Position numbers and translations under genes: made by a program. A stretch of DNA of 63,189 nt, filler included, from Craspedostauros australis (lineage: Eukaryota): NCBI GenBank assembly GCA_030167865.1. It is 9 parts of 9 records of this genome, joined end to end, with 100 filler letters (N's around TTAATTAATTAA, not from the genome) between each part and the next. Parts side by side here need not be neighbours in the genome. Positions count along the whole stretch, not along the records: positions 1 to 30,707 come from JALAGF010004567.1; 8 more parts are not named here. One strand, 5' to 3'. Within the stretch, counting starts at the first letter, position 1. Every line of letters starts with the position of its first letter. This document shows positions 13,376-27,300 of the stretch, in pieces. The notes beneath the pieces are model-generated. The model did not search any database and was not told the origin of the DNA. It was given only the letters and a program-made list of their open reading frames with translations.

Positions 13376-15340
13376 CGTGCCTCTATGTATGTGCGTCTGC
13401 GTCTGCGTGTGCTTGTGCGTGTGAGTGTGCTGCCGGGTATGGTGGATGCATTGTTTGATTCTGCCCAGCGCAGACTCCTCTCTTGATGGAGTTTCATCCT
13501 TCCGACATTTCTGTGTGTTTCGCGATGCCACGCAGGACCAACAAAGCAAAACATGGGCACAATGGCGCGCGAGTAGAAGGACAGACGTTGGGCATCCTGG
13601 TTGTGCACGAAACCTCTCATCAATCCGCACATGTTGGATGTGCTCGTACGAGCTATTCCATAATACTATTATATGAGCAGAGGACAATGAGAGTAGAGCA
13701 CATCGTGCATGGCCATCGAATCTCTAGAGAATATTATATTATATTCTGTGTAGTATGTCTAATACTCTATAATACAGAATAATAGGTAAATCAAATAATA
13801 CAGAGCATGATAGCAGTAATCAATGGAAGTTGCAGCGCCAATCTGCATAGGAGAGAAACCACAGGATGTCCGCGATTGCTCCACATCCGACCAGCGTCTT
13901 GGCTGTATACTAGCAGGATGATGCTGAAAATGGCAATCATGGAGTATGTATTACATGTAATCTCGTCTTGGTATTCTCCTCCTCCTCCACCACCACCATC
14001 TGCCAGTCATCAAATACTCGTACAATACTTCAATGCGTCTTCGCCATCATGCTCTGAGGCGATCTCTACGTGCTTTGAAATGTACCCAAACGCGTGACGT
14101 GAATGCATGCTACGCGCTCCACTGGCAAAATCCATCACAGATCGAACTAGAGAGCAATGCAGGTTTCATGCAGCTTGCTCCAACCCGCCACCTGTCTCCT
14201 TGAGAGAGCGAGAGAGAGAGAGAGAGTATCTCCACTTGCACCAACATCTGAAGAGTTCGTGCGATCAATAACCATGCAATCACGCCAATCCCACCACCAC
14301 CACCACATGTGGAGGAATTCTCCGAGGACATCAAACCTCGGCGTGTATCTCGATTGTTTTGACTGAGGCGATCATACCCGTGGCTCATCAGAGGAGGAGC
14401 AAAGCACCTCCACGAATGAGTTGAGTGAAGCGCTCTGCAACGCAAGCACTCAAGAGTACTGACACGAATATCCACGTACAGTCCTCCCAGTCCTCATTCA
14501 CCTCCTTTGTTGGTGAGTCTTCTTGGCGGATCTATTTTTGGTTACCCCAAGCTCATCGCAGAGACACTCCCGCATGTGGGGTCTGCAAGGTTCTGCTCCC
14601 AGGGACGAAACCTCGGCACCAGCCCATGATCAACCAATCTGGCTATCAAGTCAAAAAGCCCGCCCCGCCCATCCACCCACCAACGTGTGTTGGATCACGT
14701 TAACAAGACCGATAGGTCCCCCTCGCTGTGATGCCGGCCACATCAAGACTGGAGGTCGCCTCATCACCAAATCGCCCAATTGGGTCCTCACCAAGGTTGC
14801 TTCCCGTGGGAAGTCTTGTGGTGATTCGTTTTTGGGCAGGCCCTTTGATGGGCTGGACGATGATCTGTCGTGTCGTGTTGATGCCCAAGGACGCAGAAAC
14901 ACAGAAACGACGCGGTATGACTCATTCGAATGATATGAGAAGCATTCCTTCGACACAAATTGTGATGAACAGACCTTAAGTGACGCATGTCGCAGGACAG
15001 AAATGGCAAGAAGCGATTCTTGTTCTGTTCCACGTTCCTCACAAATTGAGTCGTTTTCACAACCCACGAGAAACCCACCTCTCGCCGTCCAAAAACCTCA
15101 GTTCACATAACACCAACAACCTGGCTAACAACAACGTCCAATCAAGCATCCACATCTAAAGACACATCTGTCTCCACAACACTCCACCCACAACATTCCA
15201 ACCAAGCAAGCAAGCAATCAAACACACAAAAGTTGCAATCGGATTCTCCAACAACAGCCACACACAACTTCACTCTCCAACGTACTCACGTCAATCACGT
15301 AACTCACGCGCACGCACACATACACACAAGACGTTGAAAG

Positions 15341-16852
15341 ATGATGAAGACGATCGGAAACCTGCTGCTTTTGGGCTCCATCCTCGCCGCCCCATGCGAG
15401 GCCCGTCTCTCCGGAACGACGAGGACCACCAGAACATCTTCCTCCGGACACACCATCACGCAGACGCGCACGGTTCGGCCACAACGTCAGGCGGAGGCAT
15501 ACCTGCCAGACAACCGTCACAAGGATGACACCTTGGTGGATACGCCAGAGAGCATGTTGCGTCGCAGCGGCCTTCGCAAGGACAACGTCCAGCATGAGAA
15601 GGAGGAGCACGGTCGCAACCTCCGCCACAAGCACCACCATCGCAGCGACGATGACAAGTTCCACCACCACCTCGATGGACATGCCGCGCACGAGCACAGC
15701 GAGCACTACTACCACCACGAGAAATACCACCAGTACGATGATGGTCACAAAGCGCAGAACAACCATGCCGGAGCCGATGACATGCTGCGCGGCAAGCGTC
15801 GCCAGTCCGGGTACCAGAAGGAGTCGACCACGAAGAAGGTGGAGCCATTGTACATCCTGCCACAATCCATGGAATCGCACTTCAACGAAACGCTCTTCGA
15901 ACTCCTTCACAACGCTCCATTCCAGATCTTTGAGGATGCCACGGGCCAGCGCCTCAGCGACGGCGAGTCCTTCCCAGTCTTCTCCATGCCAGAATGGTAC
16001 AACACCACCGGAATCTTCACCGCATTCTCCAAGACCGCCACACCCATGGTCATCGAGGCCACGCAGATCCTGCTGGACTGGAAGAACATCCAATCCACGG
16101 CCACCGGCGTGACACGATCCATCGAGGAGTACGCAGAGGAGCACAACTTCCGCGCCAGCTTGATCCTGGGACGTATCTTCGGCGCGGACTCTCGCAAGTC
16201 GAACTTCGTCGGCCTCGTCGCAAGCTACTACCAATTCGGTGTTGAGAAGAACGTGCTGGTCCCATTCGGACGCATCGAGGACTTCTTCGATGGCATGACC
16301 GAGAACCACATCCTAAACCCTTCGATGAGGAAGCTGGAGATGGACACCTTCAACAGCATGATGCAGCACAAGGGCACGTACAACGGCTCCGACAACAGCA
16401 TCCAAAGCAGCCACAAGCACGCACGCAAGCACAGCCACGACCACAACGCCACCTCGTTCGCCATTCCCGTGAACGTGGACATCAAGACCGCCAAGGAGGC
16501 ATCGATGGAGAACATCGAGATCACACGCTTCGAGCAGCTGTTCCAGGTGCTGATCCGCCGCGGATTCCTGTTCTCGTACGGATACGTCGACTGCCTGCAG
16601 CAGGACCCATACAACCTGCGCACTTGCCTTGACAACGTGTTCTACGACATTGTGCGACAGGAGACCAGCACGCGCGGTGCATTGGACGATGAGCTCGTCG
16701 AGATGTACGAGGAGCTGACAGAATACTTCCCGCAGTACTCGACAGAGGCCTGCATCAACGTGCAGGGTGGCGCGATGGATTACTTCGGCGCTGCGGGTTC
16801 ATGCTACAACAACGGCGCGCTACGTGGAATGCTGCAGTCCTATGTTTCATAA
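15341..16852 (+). CDS. Secreted hypothetical protein (503 aa) with His-rich N-terminal region
   Basis: Intact ORF with coding codon bias, signal-peptide-like MMKTIGNLLLLGSILAAPCEA, a His/Asp/Glu-rich tract, basic sites (RNLR, RGKRR) and a Cys-containing C-terminal domain. Confidence 0.85.
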   Translation: MMKTIGNLLLLGSILAAPCEARLSGTTRTTRTSSSGHTITQTRTVRPQRQAEAYLPDNRHKDDTLVDTPESMLRRSGLRKDNVQHEKEEHGRNLRHKHHHRSDDDKFHHHLDGHAAHEHSEHYYHHEKYHQYDDGHKAQNNHAGADDMLRGKRRQSGYQKESTTKKVEPLYILPQSMESHFNETLFELLHNAPFQIFEDATGQRLSDGESFPVFSMPEWYNTTGIFTAFSKTATPMVIEATQILLDWKNIQSTATGVTRSIEEYAEEHNFRASLILGRIFGADSRKSNFVGLVASYYQFGVEKNVLVPFGRIEDFFDGMTENHILNPSMRKLEMDTFNSMMQHKGTYNGSDNSIQSSHKHARKHSHDHNATSFAIPVNVDIKTAKEASMENIEITRFEQLFQVLIRRGFLFSYGYVDCLQQDPYNLRTCLDNVFYDIVRQETSTRGALDDELVEMYEELTEYFPQYSTEACINVQGGAMDYFGAAGSCYNNGALRGMLQSYVS

Positions 16853-18389
16853 GCAGCCAGCATCGTCACCCGCAGCAACCAACCATGAACAAACCGTGCG
16901 CGCATTGCACAATCGTTGCTTTTTCCGTCCGGAGACAAGAGTGTGATGCATCACACACTTGAGCACCATACATACTTGTACTCCGGACGAGCACAACGGC
17001 AACAGCTCGACACTGTGCGCATCCTGAGACACTTTCCCAGCGAACGAAACACGGCGCAAGACCAATTGCTTGCTGCTTCACCCTGGAGAATGCAGGATCT
17101 CACCGCACACGCACCCCAATGTACAATATCACATCACATCACATCACCAATCCCAGATCGCTTCTGGTGTACAGTAGCATTATTCATACACACAAAAAGA
17201 CAGAGCCGACGCGATGCTCCAACAAGCGGGACCTTGCCGCTGAGGAGGATACGGACACGCCATGCCACATGCACAGATACCGTCGGTATCCCTGCAGGAT
17301 GGCATGCATGCACAAGCATCCGCCCACGATCCTAAATCAAACACTAACAGATTACTAACGAAACACAAACAACACAACACGAAATGATGTGAGAGACGCA
17401 TCGAGTCATGAGTGGATCTGAAACACGAATCCTGTGACGAATTCGTCCGAAATGAGGTGCGCGATCGTGACGAAAGGCCGAAAATGGGACGCGATGAAAA
17501 ATGGAAACCAAACGGATGGGTGGTGGGAAGTTGGGAGAACAGTGGTGCGCGTGAGAGAGAGAAATAGAGAGGCGAATGTGCACTGTCGTGCACGGCACAA
17601 ACTGATGCCGCCACATCGAGTTGTCCCATTCCATTCCATTCTGCTCGACCCCAATCTGCTCTCATCGCACTCCCGTCAACAAACACTCGCTGAGGGGAGT
17701 CAAAGGAGGAAGCACTCGCCGACGGGAGCATTCATCAGCCCAATTCGGCCAAGGGCAGCCCCAACGGTATCATTGAGTCCAGCACGAAGACAAGACAAGA
17801 AAAAGAGATGTCGTGTGATCGGGTGTTGGCGCGCAAATGCATGCAGAGCACAGTCGCAGCAGCACATTCCCAACAACATCATCAGCTACAGCACATCAAC
17901 GGCATCAACAGCATCAACGGCATCAACTCCCACTCGCAGGAGACTGCATCAATCAACCAAACAGTCCATCCAACCTGCATCCACCCAATCAACCAACCTG
18001 CGTCCAACCATCCGCCGATGCAAGAGATACGAGCGACCGTATCCAAGCGAAGGCTGAGAATGACCGAATCGAATCCCCTTCACGTGACAAGACATTCCTC
18101 CGCTTTGCACGATTGGAAAGCACCGTCGGCGCCATCAGTATCGTCAGTACCACCACCATCATTGTCGTCGCAAAGGATGACCCACGATCCCCAGTCATCG
18201 CTGCCTCAGCCATCTCCGGCGCCGCAGTCGCCATCTTCAGTATCGGCGCCATCGGAATCCACAATGGCGTCCGCATCATCGCTATCGCGATCAGCAATTC
18301 AATCACAATCACAACTACAACTACAACCACTGCAACGACGATCATCACAAAGACGAAGGACGAGGACGAGGACGAGAACGAGGACAAAG

Positions 18390-21300
18390 ATGGACGAGAG
18401 AAACATACGATCGCGCACTTTTACACACGATCGTGGATCCCATCGCTTGACGCTCGTATTATGCGCGCTTGTGCATTTGTCACGACTGGTTTACGCTGCG
18501 GCAGCTGTGGAATCCATCATTGCGGACATGGGAGCATCCACGCAGCCGCAGCACATCATCATCGTCCAACCACCGCAGCTTAATATCAACCACAACGACG
18601 TCGGTTGTCCATCCATCGATGACATCTTCCCTTCGCGGCACATTCAGCTATTTGACGCCACATCATCACCACGCAACAATCGCACGGAGCCTGCAACCGT
18701 CCTCATCTTTCACAATCAAACCATCTGTGGGCGAGGCCGGCGCCAGCTGCATGTATCCTCGTATCCTGCGCACTCCTATGTGTTCGAACTGTGTTTAGAT
18801 TGTCAACATCGCTTCCGTTTGCACGCTGAGCCACTCGTTCCGGTCGCAACCACGACGGTGGTGTTGGGCGTTGGTAACCCGGCGCAACATGATGAACATC
18901 GGATGCAATACGATCAGGTCCGAGCCTACAGAATACGGCAGCCCACTTCGCAGGAAGAAAACGGTAGCGATCTTTCAAGTACGATCCTCCGATTGGAAGG
19001 ATCATCGCGCACGATGCAGATACAACAAGCGCGGCATGCATCGCAGTCAACGAGGCATCTGGAAGACTCCAACATCTTCTCAAGCAGCAGTGCAACAACG
19101 ACAAGAACATCAACGACGTCAACATCAACAACGACAAGAGTCAACTTCTTTGAGGTCGGACACTCCGCAGCATCCGGTGAAGAACTCACAGTGAATGAAT
19201 TCACGGCCGAACCACAGAACGTCACTACACCCAACGCAACCGCATTGCCCGCTTCTGCAACGCCAACCCAACACACGGGTTCGCCCACGTTTACGTCGAC
19301 GTCGAGTCAGCCGACGTTGCAATCCACGAATATGCCATCGGTCATGCCCACGACCATTTCTCCATCGTCCACGCCACCGACAGAAGCTGAATCGCTATCA
19401 TCTGCACCAACACAATCAACCACGCTGCCAACAGTCACAAATGCAGACTCCGACGACAACGCTGACGCCAACGCCAACGACAATGCCAACGACAATGCTA
19501 CTATCTCACAACCGCTCAACCGCACAGAGTACTTCAACAATACCGACCAAAAAACGAGCGACAAAGACGTCACTGTGGAATTCGTCATGGAAACCATCGA
19601 CGAAACCGACGTCCTCGACTTTGAACGTCCCCAAGAATGCGACTTGCGAATCCACCAATGCTGCAAGACGTTGGATTGCGCCACGCCCGGCAACATCTGC
19701 TCCAACCGCAATTGCATAGAACAGGGAAATCCGCGATTCACCCTCGAATGGGACGGCGATGATGACCTCGACCTCTACGTCGAAACACCCGGAGGTACCC
19801 TCCTCTTCCATGGCAACCTCGAGGACGCGGCATCGGGCGGTCGTGTCGCGGAGCCTGTCGATCAGTCCGGCAACGCCTTCTTCGTGGAGAGCATCGTGTT
19901 TCCCAACCGCGGTGCGCCAGGAGGAATCTACAAGTACTACGTGAGGCCATTGCTGGCGCGTAACAGGGCCGATCTATGGACGTTGCGAGTTGTCGAGAAT
20001 GGCGCGGAGGTCCGATCGCACATCGGTCGGGGATTCTCCGAGATCTTCTCCTACGATCGCGCCGTCAACAGCGAGCCGACCACATCGCCCATGCCGTCGC
20101 CGGCGCCCACCGTGCGGTCCTGTTCGACACCGTTTGACGAATGCTGCAGCGACAACCAGTGCTTGTTCGGTGGCGAGATCTGCGAGCACCGCAACTGCAT
20201 CGATCAGGGTGATCCGCGATTCACGCTGAAGTGGATCGGCGACGATGATCTCGATCTCTTTGTCGAAACGCCGAATGGGGCGGAGATATCCTTCAAACGA
20301 CTCATCGATCCAGAATCAGGCGGTCGCTTCGGAGAGGAGGTCGATCAGTTCGGTTCCGGCTACCACGTGGAGAATGTCTTCTTCCCCGCCGCTACCAGCC
20401 CGGCCGGTACCTACAAGTTCTTTGTGCGGCCGCTCATCACACGTGGCGACGCCTTCGACGAATGGACCATATCCGTTGTGGAGAATGGCAGCGAAATGGT
20501 GTCGTACACGGGACAAGGCATCTCCAGCGTATTCACATACAACAAGCAAACGGGGCCGACGAACGCACCGGTCAGCATGCCCACGACACAACCGCCGACA
20601 AACGGCGACTGCTCTATCTTCAATGATGAATGCTGCGCCGATACCGACTGTCAGGCTGGTGAGCTGTGCAAGCAAAAGAAATGCATCCAGGAGGGAAATC
20701 CGCGCTTCACGTTGTTCTGGGACGGCGATGACGATCTCGATCTGTTCGTGATCACGCCGGACGGGGTTGAGATCAATCCCGACGTCACCCTGGACATGTC
20801 CTCGGGTGGCCGAGTCGAGTTCGACCTCGACCAGACCGGATTCGGTATGCACATTGAAAATGCCTACTTCCCCATCCTCGGCGCGCCGCTCGGTGATTAT
20901 CGGTACGGCGTGCGCGTGGTCACACCGCGTGGAAACGGCGGCGATTTCTGGACCCTCGAGGTGCACGACGACGAGGAGCTGATCACGACGAACTTTGGAT
21001 TTGGCAATTCGCCGACCTTCACGTATGACCGCGAAGATGGCATCGAGGGACCGCAACGACCGCGGCCACCACCGCCACGTTGCAGCCCGATCTCGGATGA
21101 ATGCTGCATCGATTTGGACTGTCCTATCGACGATGATATATGCATCCAGAGGACGTGCATCAATGAAGGCAACCCGCGTATCGCGTTGGAATGGGTCGGC
21201 GACGACGTGTTGAATCTGCAAGTCCGCACGCCGCAAGGGCAGACCATCTTCAAGGGCAACATCGTGGATTCGTTGTCCGGCGGAAGGTTCGAAGAGGATT

Positions 21301-24300
21301 CGCGACAAGGGACCTTCGACTTTCATGTGCAGAATGTGTACTTTCCCACCTTCGGAGCGCCCATCGGTACCTACTCGTACTTTGTCGGCTCCTCCGCGAT
21401 CAATGGCTTCGGTGCAGATATCTGGACCATCCGAGTGCACGAGGACGGCAATGAAGTTCAGATGCAAACCGGTATTGGCGGAAATTCCAGAGTCTTCCTG
21501 TACGAACGATTGATGACGAACACAATCAGCCCGGCACCTGTCGCCCAGCCAACTTTGGCACCTGTAATGGCACCGACCATGCCGCCGTTCCCACCACAGT
21601 GCGACACATCCACAGACCAGTGCTGTGCGGATGCAGACTGCAATCAATCCAACCAAGTCTGCGTGCAACGAACTTGCATCGACAACGGGAATCCGCGAAT
21701 TCAACTGACATGGACAGGGTAAGTGCAATGCAGCGAAATGGAATATGACGAAGCGACACCATGGCATGTGCATACCGTCGTATGGTATGCGCACATGTAC
21801 GTGTGTGAGCGGCGTCATGTGTTTTTGTCTGCGCTGTGTTGTTGTGTTTCAGTGGATCGTTACGTATGGCATGCATTCCACCGACGTTGCAATAGATTAG
21901 TATCGACGAACTGCTATCTTCCATCTCCACTGTCTCTCTCTCTCTCTTGCTCACACTTACGATCTGAATATTTTTCCTTCTCTATTCGCCGACGTGTCCA
22001 AATCAACGACTGCGCAGCGATGATGACTTGGCATTACAAGTCCAGATCCCTGGAGGCGCGATCATCTCGGTATTCAACCCGATCGATCTTCAATCAGGTG
22101 GTCGGTTTGGAGGAAACTCAGTTCAGTCCGGACTTGGTCTCCACGTGGAGAACGTCTACTTTGCCACCCTTCCCGCTCCTCTCGGTATCTACCAGATCTC
22201 CGTGTCGACAGTTCAGACACGAGGCGCGTCGGATCAATGGCGCATTGATGTCTACGAAAACGACAGGGAGGTGGCCTTTCTCGTGGGGACTGGCAACTCG
22301 GTGCTGACCTACGATCGCAACGCATTGCCAGGGCCTACTCAGGCACCAGCGTCATCGCCAATTCCTGCTCCAACTCCAGAACGGCCGCCACCCAACCCAG
22401 ACAATCCACGACCATGCCCACATGAATGCTGTGCCACCAGCGACTGCCCAGCACAGGACAACGAGGTTTGCGTCCAACGCACCTGCGTCGAGGAAGGAAA
22501 TCCAAGATTCACGCTTACATGGACAGGGTGAGTAGTCATGCATGCCCGTACACTGCTGAATCGTCCCTTTGCTGCATTCTCTGGATCCCTTGAAGCTGTC
22601 ATCGTATCGTATTGACCACGACGGCGTGACACGTTTGTCACATGCCTACATAGGAGTCACTCGACCACACACGCACGCACGCAAGAAGCCGAAACAAAAT
22701 ACTCACAGTTGTATTGCACCCACTTCGCTATTCACAACCTCCCAACTTTCCTCTCTGCATGATGATACATCTTGGCGTTCCATGGAATGCGCAGAAATGA
22801 TGATCTGAGCCTTGTCGTCATCACTCCAGGTGGAGCCACGATATCATACCTGTCGCCGTTCGATTCGGTCTCTGGAGGAGAATTCAATGAAGACTCAAGA
22901 CAGCTGAGCTTTGGCTTCCACGTGGAGAGCATCAACTTCCCGCTCGCAGGTGGTCCCGTTGGAACTTACTCCTACTTCGTCAGGCGATTTGACACGCAGG
23001 GAACCGACGATCGCTGGGCTCTGCGAGTCTTCGTGAACGGAAGGCAGCTTGATTGGAACACTGGGACGGGAGATTCGCGGACGTATCAATTCACCTTTGA
23101 TGGGAGCGTCATGTTCCCGACAGCAGCACCAGGACGGCCCACGATTGCGCCAACGCAAATGCCTGTGACGGTGCCGACGGTAGTGACGTCAGCTCCCACC
23201 CGAGCACCTTCACCAAATATCCTTCCAACCCAACGACCATCTAGACCGGACAGATCATGCCTCATCGATTCCGACTGTTTGGCAGACTTTGAGGTGTGCG
23301 TCCAGCGCCAGTGCATCGACGACGGCAACCCGCGCTTCACTCTCCTCTGGACAGGAAATGACGACCTTGAGCTCTTGGTCGAAACGCCTGGCGGTGCCAC
23401 CATCTCCCGCGACAATCGGTTCGATCCAGAATCGAGGGGCTTCTTTGGCGAATCGAGTCTCCAAACACAGTTCGGAGGTCATGTTGAAAACATCTTCTTC
23501 CCTCAGGGTGGCGGGCCCACGGGAACTTACACCTACTTCGTCACCAGCTCCAATCAAGTCGGCGCCAATGATCAATGGTCGGTCTCCGTTGTGGTGAACG
23601 GCCAGACGGTGGCCTTTAATCAAGGTGCCGGAGGTTCCACGATGTTCACGTACGTCTTCGGTGGCGGCATCTTCCCAACGCCAACACCAACGACCGGACC
23701 GCCAAGTTTGACAGCGGCACCGATCATCCAACCGCCGACAACTGCGCCAACGGAGACCCCGACTCAATCGCCAACAAGGCTCATGCCTGTTGTCACAACT
23801 GGTCCCACACCAAGCTTTTGTTCCGTGGAACTTGATCCCAGCGTGGAGTGCTGCAACGACTCTGATTGCGTCTTTGGCAACGAAGCCTGTATTTTGCGCG
23901 CTTGCGTCGACGAAGGAAATCCGCGCTTTACATTGAGTTGGACTGGGTACGTTTTACTGTCATCGTTCGAGACATGGAATTCAAATTCAACGACGATGAT
24001 GACCATCGCGAGGGCGCTTATGTTCGCATGCATGTTGGCATGAATGGTTTATGCTGATGAAGTGTCACAACACCACATTGCATTTCGACTCAACTCGACC
24101 TTCTTTTTCACTTCTTCCATTTTCCAATTTCAAACTCCAACACAATCGAATCTTGCAGCGACGACGATCTTGACCTTCTCGTCATGACTCCGTTGGGGAC
24201 TGTGGTCTCCCTCGCTAATCCGTTCGATGAAGGATCCGGCGGCTTGTTTGGAGAAGATGGGAATCAATTCAACTTCGGTCGACATGTCGAGAATGCGTAC

Positions 24301-27300
24301 TTTCCAACGGAAGGAGGACCATTCGGAACGTATTCATACTTTGTACGAAGTTTCTTGAAGGAAGGCACCGACGATGTCTGGACCGTCGGAGTGTACGTGC
24401 ATGGAGTCGAAGTTGACACAATCACTTCAACTGGGAGCTCGGATCGGCTGACCTACGAGTTCTTCGGTCTGCCGCCGACCACGCCTCCCGTGCAGGCCCC
24501 AGAACCAACCCCATGCAACATCATCGAGGAGGAATGCTGCTCGGATGCACAATGCATGACGGGGGTTGAGGTTTGCGTGCAGCGGACTTGCGTCGATCGA
24601 GGAAATCCTCGCTTCAGCCTCACATGGACAGGGTACGTGGCCATGGGGCAATTTCATCGCAGTCGCATTGCGACTGCATTGCACTTGCATTCGGCGTTGA
24701 TTCAACGTTGTGCGAAGAAGCTGCAATGCCTAACGCAGCGTCATCACTGCCCATCTCATTTTCTTCTATTTCGCGGGTATGTCTCACATTGCTCGTGTAT
24801 ATTCTTCTCTTCCGGCACTTCTATTGTGATGCGCCTGCCGTGCGACTGCACAATTTCCCTTCTGCTGCTCTCAACCCACGATAGTGACGACGATCTTGAT
24901 CTGCGAGTCGAAACGCCATTCAGCACGGTCATTTCGTTCCTCGACCCTGTGGACCAGGCATCAGGTGGCGTGTATGGAGAAACTGGCGTCCAGCAGGGCC
25001 TTGGGATGCATGTTGAGAATGTCTTCTTCCCTCTTGAAGGCACCAGACGCGGGCGGTACCAGTACACGGTTGGAAACTTCGAGCAACGGGGATCGAGCGA
25101 TCGTTGGACCGTGAGCGTGTACGTGGATGACAAGCTTGTGGCTGTCAAATCTGGCAACGGCGCGGGCGGTCCCTTCATATATGACTTTGGTAATGACTCC
25201 ACGGTCGACGTCCCAACATCATCACCAACGGAGTGCATTGCTGACTTGGGCATGTGCTGTGACGATTCCGACTGCAACACAAACGAGCTGTGCACACAGC
25301 AAATTTGCATCGACCGAGGTATCCCGAGGTTTACGCTTACGTGGGCCGGGTGAGTGAACTTGTCATTTTGGCGCCTTCGCAGCTTCGTTCCCACGCAAAT
25401 CCATGCAAATTCATTTCAATCCAAGAATATGCCTCTCACACATCACATCGGCTTGCAACTTCGGTCTCATTGTATCTGTCCATTCCAACTCGTATCTATC
25501 TGTCCATCCGTTCCATCTCCATACGAATACAACAGCGATGATGATCTTGACTTGATTGTCGTCACGCCATTGGAAACAACAATCTCCGTTGCCAATCCGA
25601 TGGACGAGAAATCCATGGGAGTGTTTGGAGAATCTGGCGATCAGCTGAGAGCAGGCGAGCATGTGGAGAACATCTTCTTCCCGTTGACAGGTGGTGGTGG
25701 GCCGGAGGGAACATACACCTACTACGTGTCACCGTACATCATCAACGGAAACGCTGATGAATGGACTGTCAGCGTGTATATCGACACTACGCTGGTTAGC
25801 GCCATCACTGGTTCCGGACCCTCCGATACTCTCACCTTCGTCTTCCGCGACGGAATGGGACAAGTGGTGACAGACCGATGCAATCTGATGGAAGATGAGT
25901 GTTGTGAAGATTCAGACTGTTCAAGCACTGAGTTGTGCATCCAGCGGTCGTGCGTCGATCAAGGGGAACCACGGTTCACACTGACATGGACTGGGTAAGT
26001 GAATTGATGCAGCCACGAGCGTTGGTTTGAAGTGTCTGCTTGATGCACAGTTGGAATGGAATACAGGCTTTCCTTTGGGTGCATGACTAGTATGTGTTCA
26101 CTGCAGCATGTTGTATGCACTACGTCTTCCAATTCAAAACGAGTTGCTGTCGCACTCCTGTTCACGCATTATCACAAATAAACCACCAGCATCTCTCTCA
26201 CACACCCTCCATCCATCCTTCCACCCATCCATTCTGTGTTTTGGTTTTGCAGAAATGACGATGTGGATCTCGTGGTCACAGGACCTGTGGGCGGTGAAAT
26301 CTCGTTCATCAATCAGATGGATGTGGATTCCGGTGGCGTCTTTGGCGAAGATGGAATTCAGACGGCATTTGGAATGCACCTGGAGAATATCTACTTCCCA
26401 ACCGGGATGGCGCCTGCTGGCAACTACACGTACGAAGTGCGTGCGTTCCGACAGGTGGAGACTCCGGATCCTTGGTTGTTGCGAATCTATCTCGGCACGG
26501 AGCTCGTCATGTCAGAACGCGGATCTGGAAGCACCGGGGAGCGGCAATTCGTTTACTCACGCAACGCCCTGATGGCAACACGAAGCAGCATGAACGAATG
26601 CTCCATCGAGAGAGACGAGTGCTGTGCAACTTCTGACTGCCGCGGGGCTGGCGAGCTGTGCGTCTACAGGAGCTGCATCCACAAGGGTTCGCCACGGATG
26701 ACACTGACGTGGACCGGCAACGATGACTACGACTTGCAGGTCACGACTCCCGAGGCCACCCTTGTGTCGTTCCTGCATCCGCTCGACTCTGCCACAGGCG
26801 GGCGATTCAACACCATCGGAGCACAGTTTGGGTATGGTAATCACGTGGAGAGCATCTACTTCCCGCCAGCCATGACGATTTCTGACAATTCGTTGATCTC
26901 CAAAACCACCTCTGATTTGTTGGTGGATGCGCCCTTCGGTGACTACTCCATCGACGTCCTCAGCTTTGGTTCGGACGGAAGCACGACGTCTGATTCATGG
27001 CGATTGCAAGTCTTCGTGGGTGATGTCCAGGTGTACGATCATTCGGGGATGGGGACGAAGAAGCACATGGTGTACAACTACCAAGGTGCCAGCGCCGCCA
27101 CTGCCGCACAAGTGCATGACACCAGCGGGACCATCATGGCCAGCGGAGCCAGGAACAACAAGATGGTTTGCATGCGAACCTCCGAAAGCCCCTGCTGTCG
27201 GCACGAAGACTGCAATCCATCACAGCCTTTACCCTCGGACACCAGCTATGTCAGCGGCAGCAGCAGCAATAATGGCGATGGGATCTTCAAGAAGATCTGC

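Noticed and set aside
13376..13687. 104-aa N-terminal extension of ELP3 in the ORF track
   Set aside because: Contains CA-rich UTR-like sequence, and homology begins after MATSSAK.
20316..21818. 500-aa minus-strand ORF opposite the giant gene; similar shadows at 5373-6368 and 15218-16309
   Set aside because: Antisense shadows of real genes, with no independent coding signal.
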